From Geosiphon pyriformis uo1 (lineage: Eukaryota; Fungi; Glomeromycota), in NCBI GenBank assembly GCA_016748015.1, contig JAAOMT010000479.1, forward strand, positions 58,332 through 122,331: a stretch of DNA of 64,000 bases, given 5' to 3'. Both the position numbers and the translations under genes were made by a program. The notes beneath the pieces are model-generated. The model had not been told where the DNA came from. It searched no databases and worked only from the letters and a program-made list of their open reading frames with translations. Positions within the stretch are counted from its first letter, which is position 1. The number at the start of each line of letters is the position of its first letter. Below are positions 41,301 to 53,500 of this stretch, piece by piece.

Positions 41301-44300
41301 AAGTTGTCAATTTCTCCTACTGGAGTCTTTTTCATGCCATCGGCAGTAACAATGATTGTCTGAGCTGGTTGGTCAATGTTTCTTTTTAGTTGTTGCATTA
41401 ATTGATATGTGATGATACTTTTAGCAAATCCACTGTTTAGGATCAAGCGAATTGGCTTTCCTTTTACTTTAGCTTCTGTGTACATTGCAGTGATGGCTTT
41501 TTGCTTGTTTGCTGTTGCATTGCTAAGCAAGAATGGTGATTCATTTGCTTCAAATTCGAATGGAAATATATCTGAAAGGTTGGCATTTTCAGCAATTCTG
41601 GCTAATGGGATTGTGGTAGAAGTATAGAAAGAGTTTTGTTGTTGTGCTGCAGCTCTACTTTCTGAGAGTGCAGTATGGCAAAAATCCTGTTCTTCTGGCA
41701 TCATAAGATAACTAGGTTGAGTATGATAGTGGTTGGGTCTTAGTTGAACTGAATTTTGGGGAACCAATTGGTTGTTCGAATTGATTTTATTGTTGTTTAC
41801 TTGGTATCGGTTTTGTGGTGTAAACTGATTTTGCAGAATCAATCTTCAAGCAGGCACTTGATAATGTTGTGTGGGTGGTTGTTGGTATTGCTGTTGGATT
41901 GGCTGTGGGGCAGGCTGATAATAGTTACTTTGGTATTGGGGTCTTGGTGGATAGTAAGCTGGTGGTGGTGGTTGATAATAAGATTGCTGTGGTGGAAGGT
42001 AATGTTGATTACTCTTATTTTGTTGGTCTCGTTGTAGCTTTCTGCAATCTCTTTTCCAGTGGTTAGAGATTTTACAGTAATGGCAATTCTGAGACTGGTT
42101 ATTAGAAAATGGTGCAAAGTTATTTTGATTTCATCTTTGTGGGGGTTGGTATCTTTGTGTTTGTTGTGATTGCTGTGGCTGCTGTTGTTGCTGTTGGTTG
42201 GTGAAGTAGTTTTCAACTTTCTTGATTAATTGGTCAATCTTTTTTTCAGCTGCTGAGCTGGTTTTTTCAATAGCCAGGTTAACAAGTTTGGTATGGTTGG
42301 CTTCTTCTATGGCTATTTTATAGTTTTTCATCTGTTAAATAGCAGTGGCTAAATCTTCTAGTACATGTGGGTGAACTTTTTTGATAAGTTTGTCTTTTAG
42401 TCCAGCAATTATTTGATCCAAGATTTGTGCATTGGAGTAGTATTCATTTGTTTCTAATTGGCAAATCCTTCTAAGCAGTTTGTTAAATTTTCCAAGATAG
42501 GTCATAACTGATTTACTTGGTTCTTGCTTGATATTTTAGAACCAATTTCGAAGAATAATGGAAGTGTTATTGTCAGTAAACTGTTCTAGGAAAGCAGTTT
42601 TGAATGCTTCCCAGTGTTTTGGTGGGGCTTCCAAGTTTTCAAACCATTCATCAGCCATTCTTTGTAAGAAGTATAGAATTGTTTTTAACATTTTGGCAGC
42701 ATTCCAACCATTTGCATCTCCTGCTTTTGAGACTTTGTTAAGCCATTCTTAAGGACTGGTTTCGCTGTTTTCTCTTGTGAACTCAGGGATTTTTGTGATA
42801 TATGTGGAGACTATTTCTTCTTCGTTTTCTAAGTCTTCTGTTTTTTGTTCTGATTTAGTCTTTTCACTTCAATTTTCTACTAAGTAGTCAATAAGGTTTG
42901 TGCTGGTTAATATTGGTTCCTGTTGTTGAATAGGGTTTTTGGGTAACTGAAAATCTTCTATTCTTGAAAACCAAATAAATAGTGAGCTTGGTGTTTGCAG
43001 TTAAGCAAGCGAAGCTGGAAATAATGTGATTAAGAGTGGTAATTTAAAGCTGGTTTCTTGTTCTGAAGTTTGTAAATGTTTGGCAGTGGTTTTAGGTGTA
43101 TTGGAAGTAGTTCTGAGTTTTTGTTTCCTTTTTTTTTTCTTTTTTCTGTTTCCAATTCAAAACTAAGAGAAAATTTCTGTTTTACTGGATAATTCTCTTC
43201 ACAATACTGAATGATATTGAAGTTGAGTTTTTGGAAGTATGTTTCAAGTGTTTGACTGTTAAAATCCTGAGTGTTTAGACGAGAATGATGTACTAAGCTT
43301 TCATATAAGTTGTGTCTAACTTCTGAAATGTTGTAGTCTTTAAGAAGATAATTGTTAATGCAATTTTCAATGTACTGGTAAAGTGTTTTCTTGAATGTTT
43401 CAATTCCATCTAGAATGTTAAATCTCTGCTTGCAGTGGATGTAGATTGACTGATAATACTCTAAAGTTCTTGAATCTGTTTGAGTTGCCATTTTTGAAGT
43501 TGTTGTCACTATGTTATTTTTGTGGGAGAGCACTAAATGTTACCAGAGATTTTTGGTCTCTTCTTAGCTCTTGTATGTTTGCTGTAATGCTGTTAATTCA
43601 TGACTATGAAAAGTGTTTGAATCTTCGATAACTGAATTTTATCTTTTTAAATTATCTCCTATAATTTGAACTGCTGGGCTTATAGTGGAATAGCCAATTC
43701 CGTGCCAGTTACTTGTATAGTTATGTTGTAGTAAATGTCAACTTTTTTCCAGGAAATGCTCATCTGGAAGCTCACTAAACTTGTATAGTTACTTTGCTGT
43801 GAAAGTTAACTCTTCTACAGAAATTCTCATCTGTAGACTATCCAAATAGTTTATAATAAGAAAAGAAGGAAAATAAAAGAAATGTAAAAGAAAAGTAAAA
43901 ATGTTTTATGGAAGTCATTTTGGATCCAGGCCTAAAAGTGCTTTAACAGTTTACTGAAATTGGGAGCTAGTCAATTTCAAACTGTTAATAGAAATTGGTT
44001 AATTTCAAGGGAAATAATTAAGAATTTGGCTTTTCGACTTATTTGATATTTATTTTGTTTTTATATGTAAAGAATGATTCTAATTGTTAAATCTGAAGTA
44101 AGATATATTTTCTTGAAGAAAGAAGCTCTTCTTTTATACAACTTGTCATAACACTATTCTATAAACTTGAACTTTGCTATTTTCTACAATTTTGCTGAAC
44201 TAAAGATATATTTCAGCAAACTACAAGTTATTTCTGCAAACTATTAGATATTTCAGTGAACTATCAATTATTTCAGCAAATTTCTACAAATTTCGGCAAA

Positions 44301-45488
44301 CTTTTTGAATATTACATAGTTCAATGTATTGCATGATTGATCATTGCAATTGGGTTACATTTGTGTTATGTACAAATTAAGTTATTAATTAAATAATAAT
44401 TTCGGATATTTTGCTAATGTAATAAGTGATAATTTGGGACAATAATATATGCTAACTAATAATAAGAATTATAAGGGTAATTTTATGCTAAACAATATCT
44501 CTAATTTTATCTGATAACACTGTCTTTGGAAATACTCACTATTTTGTTAAACATCTTTTTGATGCTGTTAGCTTTGTTGGTTGGAAAACCAAATGTGTGA
44601 TTTATGCTGTAGAAGGTATGCTATACAATGAAATTGATGCACATTGTATATTTAGTGTTTGGCATCCTAATGGTTGGTTTTGGTCAGGTTTCACTAGCTC
44701 ATTTTCTATACCTTTTTGGTTCTACTTTATAAAAGCCATTTACAACTGTCTTTCTGTAACCAAAAGGAAGAAACTTTATAATCTAGGTTATCTAAATATG
44801 CTTTGTATTTGATGTGAGTTGGTTAAGAACTTCAATTACACATTCTCTTGTATTTATAATACTGGTGTTAAAAAAAAGTTGATTTTGCAGACTATTAATT
44901 GTTGAATTAGTTTGTTTGGTAATCTTGTTGCTGACAGTGTGGTAATTTGCTCTCTGTGAAAGGCTGAATTATCAGAACATTTATATATGTCCTTGGCCAA
45001 GGGCTTTGTTTTGAAGGTTTGGATGGTTAATATAATTTGTTTGCTAAATAGTGGCTCTGACAGTAAGTCTTTGGTTATTGGTTTAGTCTGAAGCTTTGCT
45101 AAGGATTATAGATCTGTTATGTGACTGCTGATTGCCAAATTGAGAATGTATTATAAAAAACATGGTCTTTTGTTACATGGTAAGTTCATGATATTAATGG
45201 TATCTGGTCTGACTTTCTTGTGGTCTTCTAGTGAAATCTTTGATTTTGGTATTAGGTTAGGTATTCACATATATTTTGGTTTACATTCTTATCTGCTCAG
45301 TGCATATTTTAGTTTTTTAGGTGACTTTTTAGTAGTTGGTAGTTTAGGTGTTTAGTGTTGTCTTAATTGATCCGAATAACTAGTCATGTATAGAAAGTGC
45401 ATGAGCCATGCTTAATATAAAATTTTGTATATTGTTATAATTTAGGTAGTAGTTGGACTATACTTATTAAATACTTAATAAAAAAAAT
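35391..45488 (+). mobile_element. LINE copy L3, moderately decayed; interrupted by a Gypsy fragment, RNase H region deleted
   Basis: ORF1 pieces (35750-37321), ATGA overlap at 37318-21, APE, RT (AGAFVNNT), C-terminal region 44520-45355, 3' UTR and A tail. Confidence 0.93.
40316..44519 (-). mobile_element. Ty3/Gypsy family A, 5' half: 5' LTR (43538-44519), PBS, gag, protease, Cys-rich module
   Basis: LTR homologous to 28880-29847; PBS TTTAGTGCTCTCCC; gag from ATG 43491 (MATQTDSRTLEYY); CCHC CHYCKISNHWKRDC (42044-42085); aspartic protease IRLILNSG (decayed DSG). Truncated at ~40316. Confidence 0.92.
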
Positions 45489-45869
45489 AATATACTTTAT
45501 AATAATAATAAATTTTTTATTTTAAGATTTTTACATATATTTTTAATTAAAAAAAAATGACCAAAATAATTAAAAAATTAAAGCAAATTTATATAATATA
45601 ATTAAGTTAAAAATTAGAGATTTTAAGAAATTTAACTTAAAATTAATTACAAAATTAATAGCAATAACAACAAAATTAATCAAAAAATACAATTATAAAA
45701 AAAGCCAATAGTAAAAAAAAGTTTTAATATATAATTTAATATTAACAAAAAAAATTAAAAATCCTAATTCTATTCATAAATTTAAATAAAATCTTAAAAA
45801 AATAAAGAAAACATTTTATAATCTATAATTAAATAATTTAAATTTTGATATTTATAGCAATAATATGAT

Positions 45870-46553
45870 TATTACAAATAATTAATTTAAATATTAATTC
45901 ATAAATTAATGCTTTTAGTTTTAATTAAATTTAAAAACTTTGGTTTATTTAAAAATATAATAATTGAGTTTTTTATATAATAAGTAATATTCAATATTTA
46001 ACTTTTTAGATATAGTAATTAATTTATTTTAACGTTTTTTGTACTTTTAATAAGCAATTTTTTTAATAAATTTTATGTTTATTTTTATGTTTTTTATTAA
46101 AAAATTCTTAATATTGTAAATTTAGTGTTTTTTTATTTAATTAATAAATAAAAAACAAAATTAAAAAATATAAAAATATAAATTAATATTTTATTAATAG
46201 TTATATTTAAAAGTTATTGTTTTAATATAATTAATATTAATTTACAAGTAATTAATATTTAATAAAATAAATATAAATACATAAAAATTTGAATATTGAT
46301 ATTTTAAACAATAATTTATTAAATAAATGTTTATTTTAAGTATTAAATTTTTAATCATTAAAGTTATTTAAATAAAATTTTATTTAACTTTTCTTTATAG
46401 TTATTTTTATATATATACAAATTTTTATAATATAAAATTCTTGAGATTTCTAGTTATTTCTATATTTTTCTTGAATTATTATTAAAATTTTTAACATTCT
46501 TAAAATCTCTAATATTTTTACTGGTTATTTTTTGTTTTATTCTATAAGTAATA
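45870..46553 (-). mobile_element. Extremely decayed solo LTR related to family B
   Basis: Termini TATTACAAATAAT...TCTATAAGTAATA match those of 57534-58381. No TSD recognisable. Confidence 0.65.
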
Positions 46554-47021
46554 ATATATTTTTTAATATTAAGCTTTAATAAAATTTGCTAATTTTTTTT
46601 AAATATATTTAAATGAATTTTTTTATTATAATATTAAAAATTTTTGCTTTTAATTATTTAAACTACAAATTAGTAATTTTTTTAATTAATTTACTATTTA
46701 TATTTTTATAACTAATAGTAGTATTATATTATATTTATAAAATATTATATATAGTTAATATAAGTTTTCAAATAATTTATTAAGTTATTTTTTTAATAAA
46801 ATGTTTTAATTGTTGTATTGGTATTTTTTCAAACATTTTTTTAGATGAATTAATATACAAAATCTAAATATTTAATTATTATTATTATTTTTTTTTTTTT
46901 TTTTTTTTACGAGTGAGGTCCAAACACAACCTAGTGCTATATATCATATAAATGATCTAAACTAGGTGCGAATCATGCACTTACTACACGTGACCAGCCA
47001 CTCGGGCCAGTTAGAACTACA

Positions 47022-50000
47022 CTACACACCTATATGCACAGAAACTGGATCTTCAATATCTGAAAAAAATGGACAAAACTTACGAAACCCAAAACCAACT
47101 CCAAAAGCCTCAGCCACCCCCAGCAATCTGACCATACCAGCCGAGAACACCATAGGCAAACCAGAAACTGAAGCAGGAGCGGAGCCATCACGTGGAATCA
47201 AACCGTGCTTTTCCATAAACACTCGGTGTCTGGCCCGGACTAACCAAATATCATCCCGAAATGCCAGACAAAACTTATGCACAAAGCTTACAATTTTTTT
47301 AGCACCCTCCTTAGCATCTTTGAAGACCGAGACAGACTCACGAAACCATTCATCGAAAACAAAGTCCTTACACAGAGCAACACCAACTCCAACCTCAGAA
47401 ACACAAGAAGCCAAGACCTGTGATACACATGAAGAAGAGCGAGACAGACCAGAAAGAGCCTCCCAAGTTGAAGCATGTGCGCCCAACAACCGAGCATGGC
47501 CAATGGCATTCTGAGGACACGAGAAGACATGATCCGAGGTCTCAACATCACCACAAAACAGGCAGACCACACTGGGGTATTTCCTATCATATAAATGCTT
47601 GCGCACAGCAACAGGAAGTCGATAATGGAGAGCCTTTATAAAGTAAGTACAACAGCCTGCCGTGCGCATGCTGGTAAAACCGGATGCCAAGTGAGAATCA
47701 GGGTGCCACACCATAGAAGACTTAGACCAATTGATATTAGCACGTAAACTATCATCTACAACACAAGAATTCACTCCAATCTCCCAACAAGCTCAATGAA
47801 CCAACTGGAAAACATCACAAACAAAGTGTCTGGAATTACCAGAAACTGCCATACCACCAGCATACAGAAAACATTCACTGATTAAATAAGGTAGGCGCCA
47901 AGCAGAGAGAGCAGCACCTTTGACAAGTGCATCAGCATGCTCGTTGCTTGAGACACCTGAATGACCTTTCATCTTAACCCAATTCACATCTAAATTCTTT
48001 TGACGAATAACAGTGGCAATGTAACGATGCTCGATCCAACAGCGGTTTCTGAAATCCAGATAAACCAGCAAAGACTCCGACCTACATGCATCCAATACAG
48101 CCTGGCTATCCAAGAACAAGTCAATCAAATGAGAAAAAGAAACACACTCAAGGGCCAAAGCTATGGCCTGCAGTTCTGTCAGAGTAGAAGAAACCAAACC
48201 AGACATCCCAACACCCAAACCCAAGTTAATGTTCTCAAAAAAAATGACAGCACCTGCTTTCATGTTAACAATGCCCAGACCAGAAAGAGATCCATCCGTA
48301 TACACAGAAAGGCGGACAGTATCAATGGTCAACAAAGTGTCACGAATTACACCAAAATCATGAGAAAGATGGATATCAGACACAGCATGACCATCCACCA
48401 AAGAAGAACTTGAGGAGAGAGGCACAATGCTACCAAGAAAGTAAATGGAAAGATTAAACCAGAAAGGAACTAGGCCACGAGGGTCCAGCCTCTTCCAATG
48501 CTTGAAGGTTCCCCAACTGAAAACATCACCATTACGGTCATGAAGCTGTTCCACGAAAGCAATTCCATAATGCCTGAGTGAAAAGACGCACTTGAAAAAA
48601 CAGGATTCACCAAGAACCAAAGACATAGGAGTACCATACCGACAACAAAAACCACAAGCTAGAGGGCCTCCCAAAGACAAATCACACCCAGAAAAAATGT
48701 GAATCACACCTGCCAAAAAATTATCTGAGGGACTAATACCAACACAAGCTGGAAACAGCAAGGGATGACGAGAATGCCAGCTGAGAACCTGGAGGTCATG
48801 AGACCTATAAGAAAACAAGTGACCCAAAACACCAATAGAATTTGCAAAAGCAACAACAAAGGTCAATTTACTTTCAGCCTGGATCTGTTTAAAAGTTTTT
48901 AAATTGTACAAAGAGGGGTAATGAAGTGCATTACTGGGGAAGTCACATGGCAATCCAGACTTGGATTTTAAGACCTTGTGTACCAAAGCGTCCCATTTAC
49001 TATAAACACCAACAGAAACGAAACTGAACTGAGTCCTGTAGCAGATGATAGGGAAGAGAACTGCAGACACCAAATATGCACACTGTTTGTCCGAAATCGC
49101 CTTTCTCAAAACAAGATTCACAAAAAACCGTACATCAGTCTAAGCTTTAGCCAAGCTAGGCTTCGAAAGACCCTCAGAAGACAAAAAAATACCTAAATAG
49201 TGATGAGATTCCCCCCTTTTGGCAATGGAAATAGGCGCATTACTGATAGTTAAATAAGGATCCAGCACCCAGCAATTGATGGGAATGGCCACTGTTTTGT
49301 CATTGTTCACAGAAATATCATTAAATCTAAAAAACTCACTAGCAACATCAAGGATGCATTGTATAACAGCCTGGCTGCTACCAACCCAAATAGTATCATT
49401 GACAAAAGCACCGGCAGCAAGAAACAAAAACAGCCCAGCTTGAGGATCCACCCAGCCAGTTCTTAATATGAAATGAGAATTCAATCTGTAGCCATACACA
49501 CTATCCTGTCTCTTGACCTTGCACAAAAGTGAATCATAAAAAATATGCCAGAGAAGAGGTGAGAAGACTTCACCCTGATCCAGCCCATTATGAACACAAT
49601 ACCCATCAGTCAAGCCAAAGTCAGTCATCACTCTGTTGACACGATCATTGTGAATACTGCCAAAAAATCTAATAAATCTGTCACACATTTTGATTCTGAC
49701 TAGACTCCTCCTAAGATGTTCCCAACTCACCGAGTCATAAGCCTTGTGCATGTCCTGTAAAACCAGCCAAAGTTCACGGTTCTTCTTCAAGGCATCCTCA
49801 ACCACAGAATCAATAGCAAAAATGGGAGATTGCATCGTCGTACCCTTCAAAACCGAAAAATTGTTCCCACAAAGAACATCAAAAGTGCTGCAAACCAGAG
49901 AGTTCCTATCTGAAAGGATCTTGGAAAGAATCTTGCGAGCTGTTTCAATTAAAGCTATAGGACAGGTGTTCGTGAAAACTTCCCCCCATTCATATGGTTT

Positions 50001-51710
50001 AGGAATCATTGAAACCCAGGCTTCCCTTCAAGGCCCAGAGACTGACTTGCCAACCAAACAGAAATTTAAGAGCACCAAAAGCATATCCAAAACAGATTTG
50101 TCACAATGTTTCCATAATTTGTTGGAGATACCAGAAAGACCAGCCGCTTTTCTATCAGGAAGATCCTCAACAACAGCTGACAACTCATTAAAACCAATTG
50201 AACACATGACATTAGAGAAAGCATCATCGAACACGTAATCTAGAGGCCAATATTAACTAGCCCAATCCCCAGATAAATTAGACACCACCTCACATTTTCT
50301 GGTCCATTCCTCCATAATTTTGTCCACCTTAGACTTAACCAAATCAGGCTCCAAAATCAACTCATTATCCACAACCAGATGATCCAGGACCACCTTGCAA
50401 AACGGATGCTCCAAAACACTCCTAATGGTGTGATCCTTGTTCAGCTCAAAACTCTCCATTCTCCTATTAATAGCCTGCTTGATAGAGGATTCCTCAGCGC
50501 GCTTAGATTTCGATAATTTAAGAGAGCAGTATGATTTTCTTGCTTTGGCCAGCGCAGAACAAATAAGATCAAAATTAGAACCTGAAAGAAACAGAGACTT
50601 AACCACCGATGCACCAGGGGAGTCGAGTCTGTGCCACACCTCCAACAAAGAAGCAAAACCATCACTAGAAGCCAAATGTGAAGCCTTGACCAACTTAGAA
50701 ACCAGCAGCTCCAGCTTGTGAAACCTAGAAGAAGTTTTGGTAAACACGCCATCAAAACCTTTGAACCATTTTTTCTTAAATGTACCACCCGCTGAAAGAA
50801 CCAAAATCTTGCAAACAATGTCCTACATAGCGTCCATATCTGAAAATCTTACTGCCACACTAAAAGCATCCAAGAACATGGAGACATTAGCAGCTAAGAC
50901 ATCCCTGAACTCCAACCACTTAGCTTTACTGGCACTTTTAATGTCAAACTTCCAATGGTCTTTATTCGCTTGCTTGTGAAGAGAATTCAAACGCATATCC
51001 AAGAGCCTGCCCAAACCCAAATCCACTGAAACAGCTTGATGGTCCATGTCAAAATGCTCACTGACATTTAAAACTTCATGACACATTATCGCATTGGCAA
51101 GACTCGAGGAGACAAACACGTAATCAATTGTTTTCTTAGCACTCCTAGAATTTTTCCAAGTGGGCATTTTTGCAGCCAGGCTACCAACTAAAGAATTGAC
51201 CAGACCCAAATCAAAGCATCTTTTGAAACTTGCACATTTATGAGAGCCGTCTTCATTAAAATCGCCACCAAGAATGATGAAAGAAGATTCGTTGACAGCC
51301 TTCACAATAAGAGAATTGATTTCACCAGCCTGAGATAACCAAACCACCAAAGAAGCACCAGTATAAAGCCCCAAAATTAACACAGAAAGTTTACCCTTGA
51401 AAAGTAATTTAATAGAAAGGAGCCGACCAGGCACCTCAGAAACCTTGCACACATGACGAGCCAAAGAAACGTCTATAATAACAGCAACACCCACACCCAA
51501 GTGACCAGAGTCCAAACTAGAAGTGAATACTCGGACACTGTCGAACTTGTCTGCAATCCACGGACAAACCCTACTTCTTAATTTTATTTCAGTAACGATA
51601 GAGACCAAATTGTTGATTTTCTTATGTCACCTAATAATGTCCTCTTGCTTAGCAGGATTGTTCATGCCCCTGACGTTGCACATAGCAACTTTCCAGACTA
51701 AACTGCTCAT
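47022..51710 (-). pseudogene. L4 ORF2 (APE-RT-RNase H-CCHC, 1562 codons), six premature stops
   Basis: All six ORF-track pieces share one frame from ATG 51710. Motifs: CNVRG, GGDFN, IDYVF (APE); DMHKAYD, QGEVFSP, AFVNDT (RT; FVDN in L2 implies FVDD); YTDGS, ELQAI, DSQ, KGHSG (RNase H); CLFCGDVETSDHVFSC. Confidence 0.95.
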
Positions 51711-53500
51711 TGGGTGAGGGGTAGAGAAACCGAAAGCGCACCTATACTATCCACTTTGGCCAAAAGGCCCAAAACCGTCTCCATTAGATACTTCATGCTG
51801 TTTTTTAGCTTAGACACTGAAGACATATCAAAAGACACCACTCCCGCGACATTCCCACCACTAGTGGACACACCTGAACCCTTACTCATCACTACATCCG
51901 CCCCTTGATCCTGTGATGAAGGGGTCACCAACGGCTGACATCCAGGGCTAGGCTGGGAAACCATTGGCCCAAGTGCATCCAACCTCTTAGCCAGCTTACC
52001 AACTTGCTCCACGAGACTGGTGAGACTGCGCTCAAGAGCAGTAAACCTATCATTGACTTCCATCACAACCTGTTGGGATGGCTTCATCTCCGAAGAAGAG
52101 CCATTATTCACCACAATGTTCTGACCAGAGAGGGGAGGCGAAAAACACCCGCGAGCAACCTTTGCCCAAGAGAGACCACCAAAAGAGACTGGACGGGCAA
52201 CTGGAGCCGAGTGTTTGGCATAGATGATTGCTAGCCTGCTTTTATCCGTATCCGAGAAAACCCTACGCAGTAAACTACCAGAAGAAAATTTCCCACCAAC
52301 TGCACAACCCAATGACGTGTGACCCAATTTCTCACACTTGGTGCATTTAGCAGAAATAAGGCAAGACCAGCAGAGATCGGTGTTCCTGAGTACTGGTGTG
52401 ATTCCCACAGCAGCATCCAATGATTCAGCAGAGTTGAAACAAACAACAGCACACCTGGTCTGAGCATACGTAACAGAATGATGATCAATGACGCACGTTT
52501 TCCCACCCACAGATCTAACAAAGTCCCAGATATCATGAGCAGTAGTCCCCATTGGCAATATGTAAAACAGCGCCCTATGTTAGTCCCTTACATCCCACGC
52601 TTCCTTGTCTGAATCAGCCCTAGCCACACATACAGTATCTTTCCCAATTAAGATAGACCACTCAGCTGCGGCCAAATCAGCTTGATCTAATTGTTCGAAT
52701 TCCACCATCACTTTCTGCCACAGCCTGATTAACTGCATCTTGATCGCCTTAATAACTCCAAACTCGGATAGTGCAGTGCGCACAGCCTCAGCTGATGTCC
52801 CAACTGGAATTTCTTTCATGACCACAGCCCGATCTGATCGTCCAGATGATCTCTTAAGATCAGTGTTTACCAAGATATTCGCACCAGTAGCCTTTTCAGT
52901 GGCCTTCATTAGACCCGATTCAGAAGTGAATGTCGCTCTGATAATTCCTGAGAATTTTGAGGGGGTAGATGCTCCCCCAAAACCATTGATTCCTGAAAAT
53001 AAACTTCTGATCTTTTTAAGCTTTTCCTGGGCCGAATTTCCTTTTACTGCTTTCAGATCCAAATCCAAAGCAAACAACTTTCTAACAGAAACATTGACCA
53101 GGTTCTTAAGAGGAGGGAAAAGCACCAGAGAGACATCCAGAAGAACATCATCATCATCATTGCCATTCAGGAAGTTGATCTTTCCCAAAGGCTTTCCCAA
53201 TACTTTTCTAGTTGTCACCCACAAACCTTTTGGTGTTTGATCCAAATCTCCACCAACGAGCACACCACCTTCACCATAATCGAAACTTGTTTCCTCTACA
53301 AGACACTCCTTTTCCATATCAACACTGTCAGATTCTGTGGTATCACCAGTCTCTGAACTCCATGAATGACCACTTTGCACCTTAACAGAACCCTCTTTAG
53401 CACCAGCATTGTCTTCAAAAACACCACCTCTCCTCTTTTTTCTTGACAGAACAGCCTTGAAACCACTCACAGAGCCAGAACTTTCAACCGTCTTTTTCAT
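51707..53500 (-). pseudogene. L4 ORF1 (gag-like: RRM-like domains, CCHC, C-terminal coiled coil), one premature stop
   Basis: ORFs 52580-53500 and 51707-52558 are in one frame. CTKCEKLGHTSLGC knuckle; heptad stretch RFTALERSLTSLVEQVGKLAKRLDAL. Confidence 0.9.

Noticed and set aside
46985-47015. TGGCCCGAGTGG resembling a tRNA A-box in the LINE 3' UTR
   Set aside because: No convincing B-box or cloverleaf.
46966-53240. Many long plus-strand ORFs over L4
   Set aside because: Antisense shadows of a GC-richer coding element; no independent motifs.
47022-53500. Alternative genetic code or readthrough to explain in-frame stops
   Set aside because: All three stop types occur, mostly at different positions in different copies, and each derives from a sense codon by one transition.
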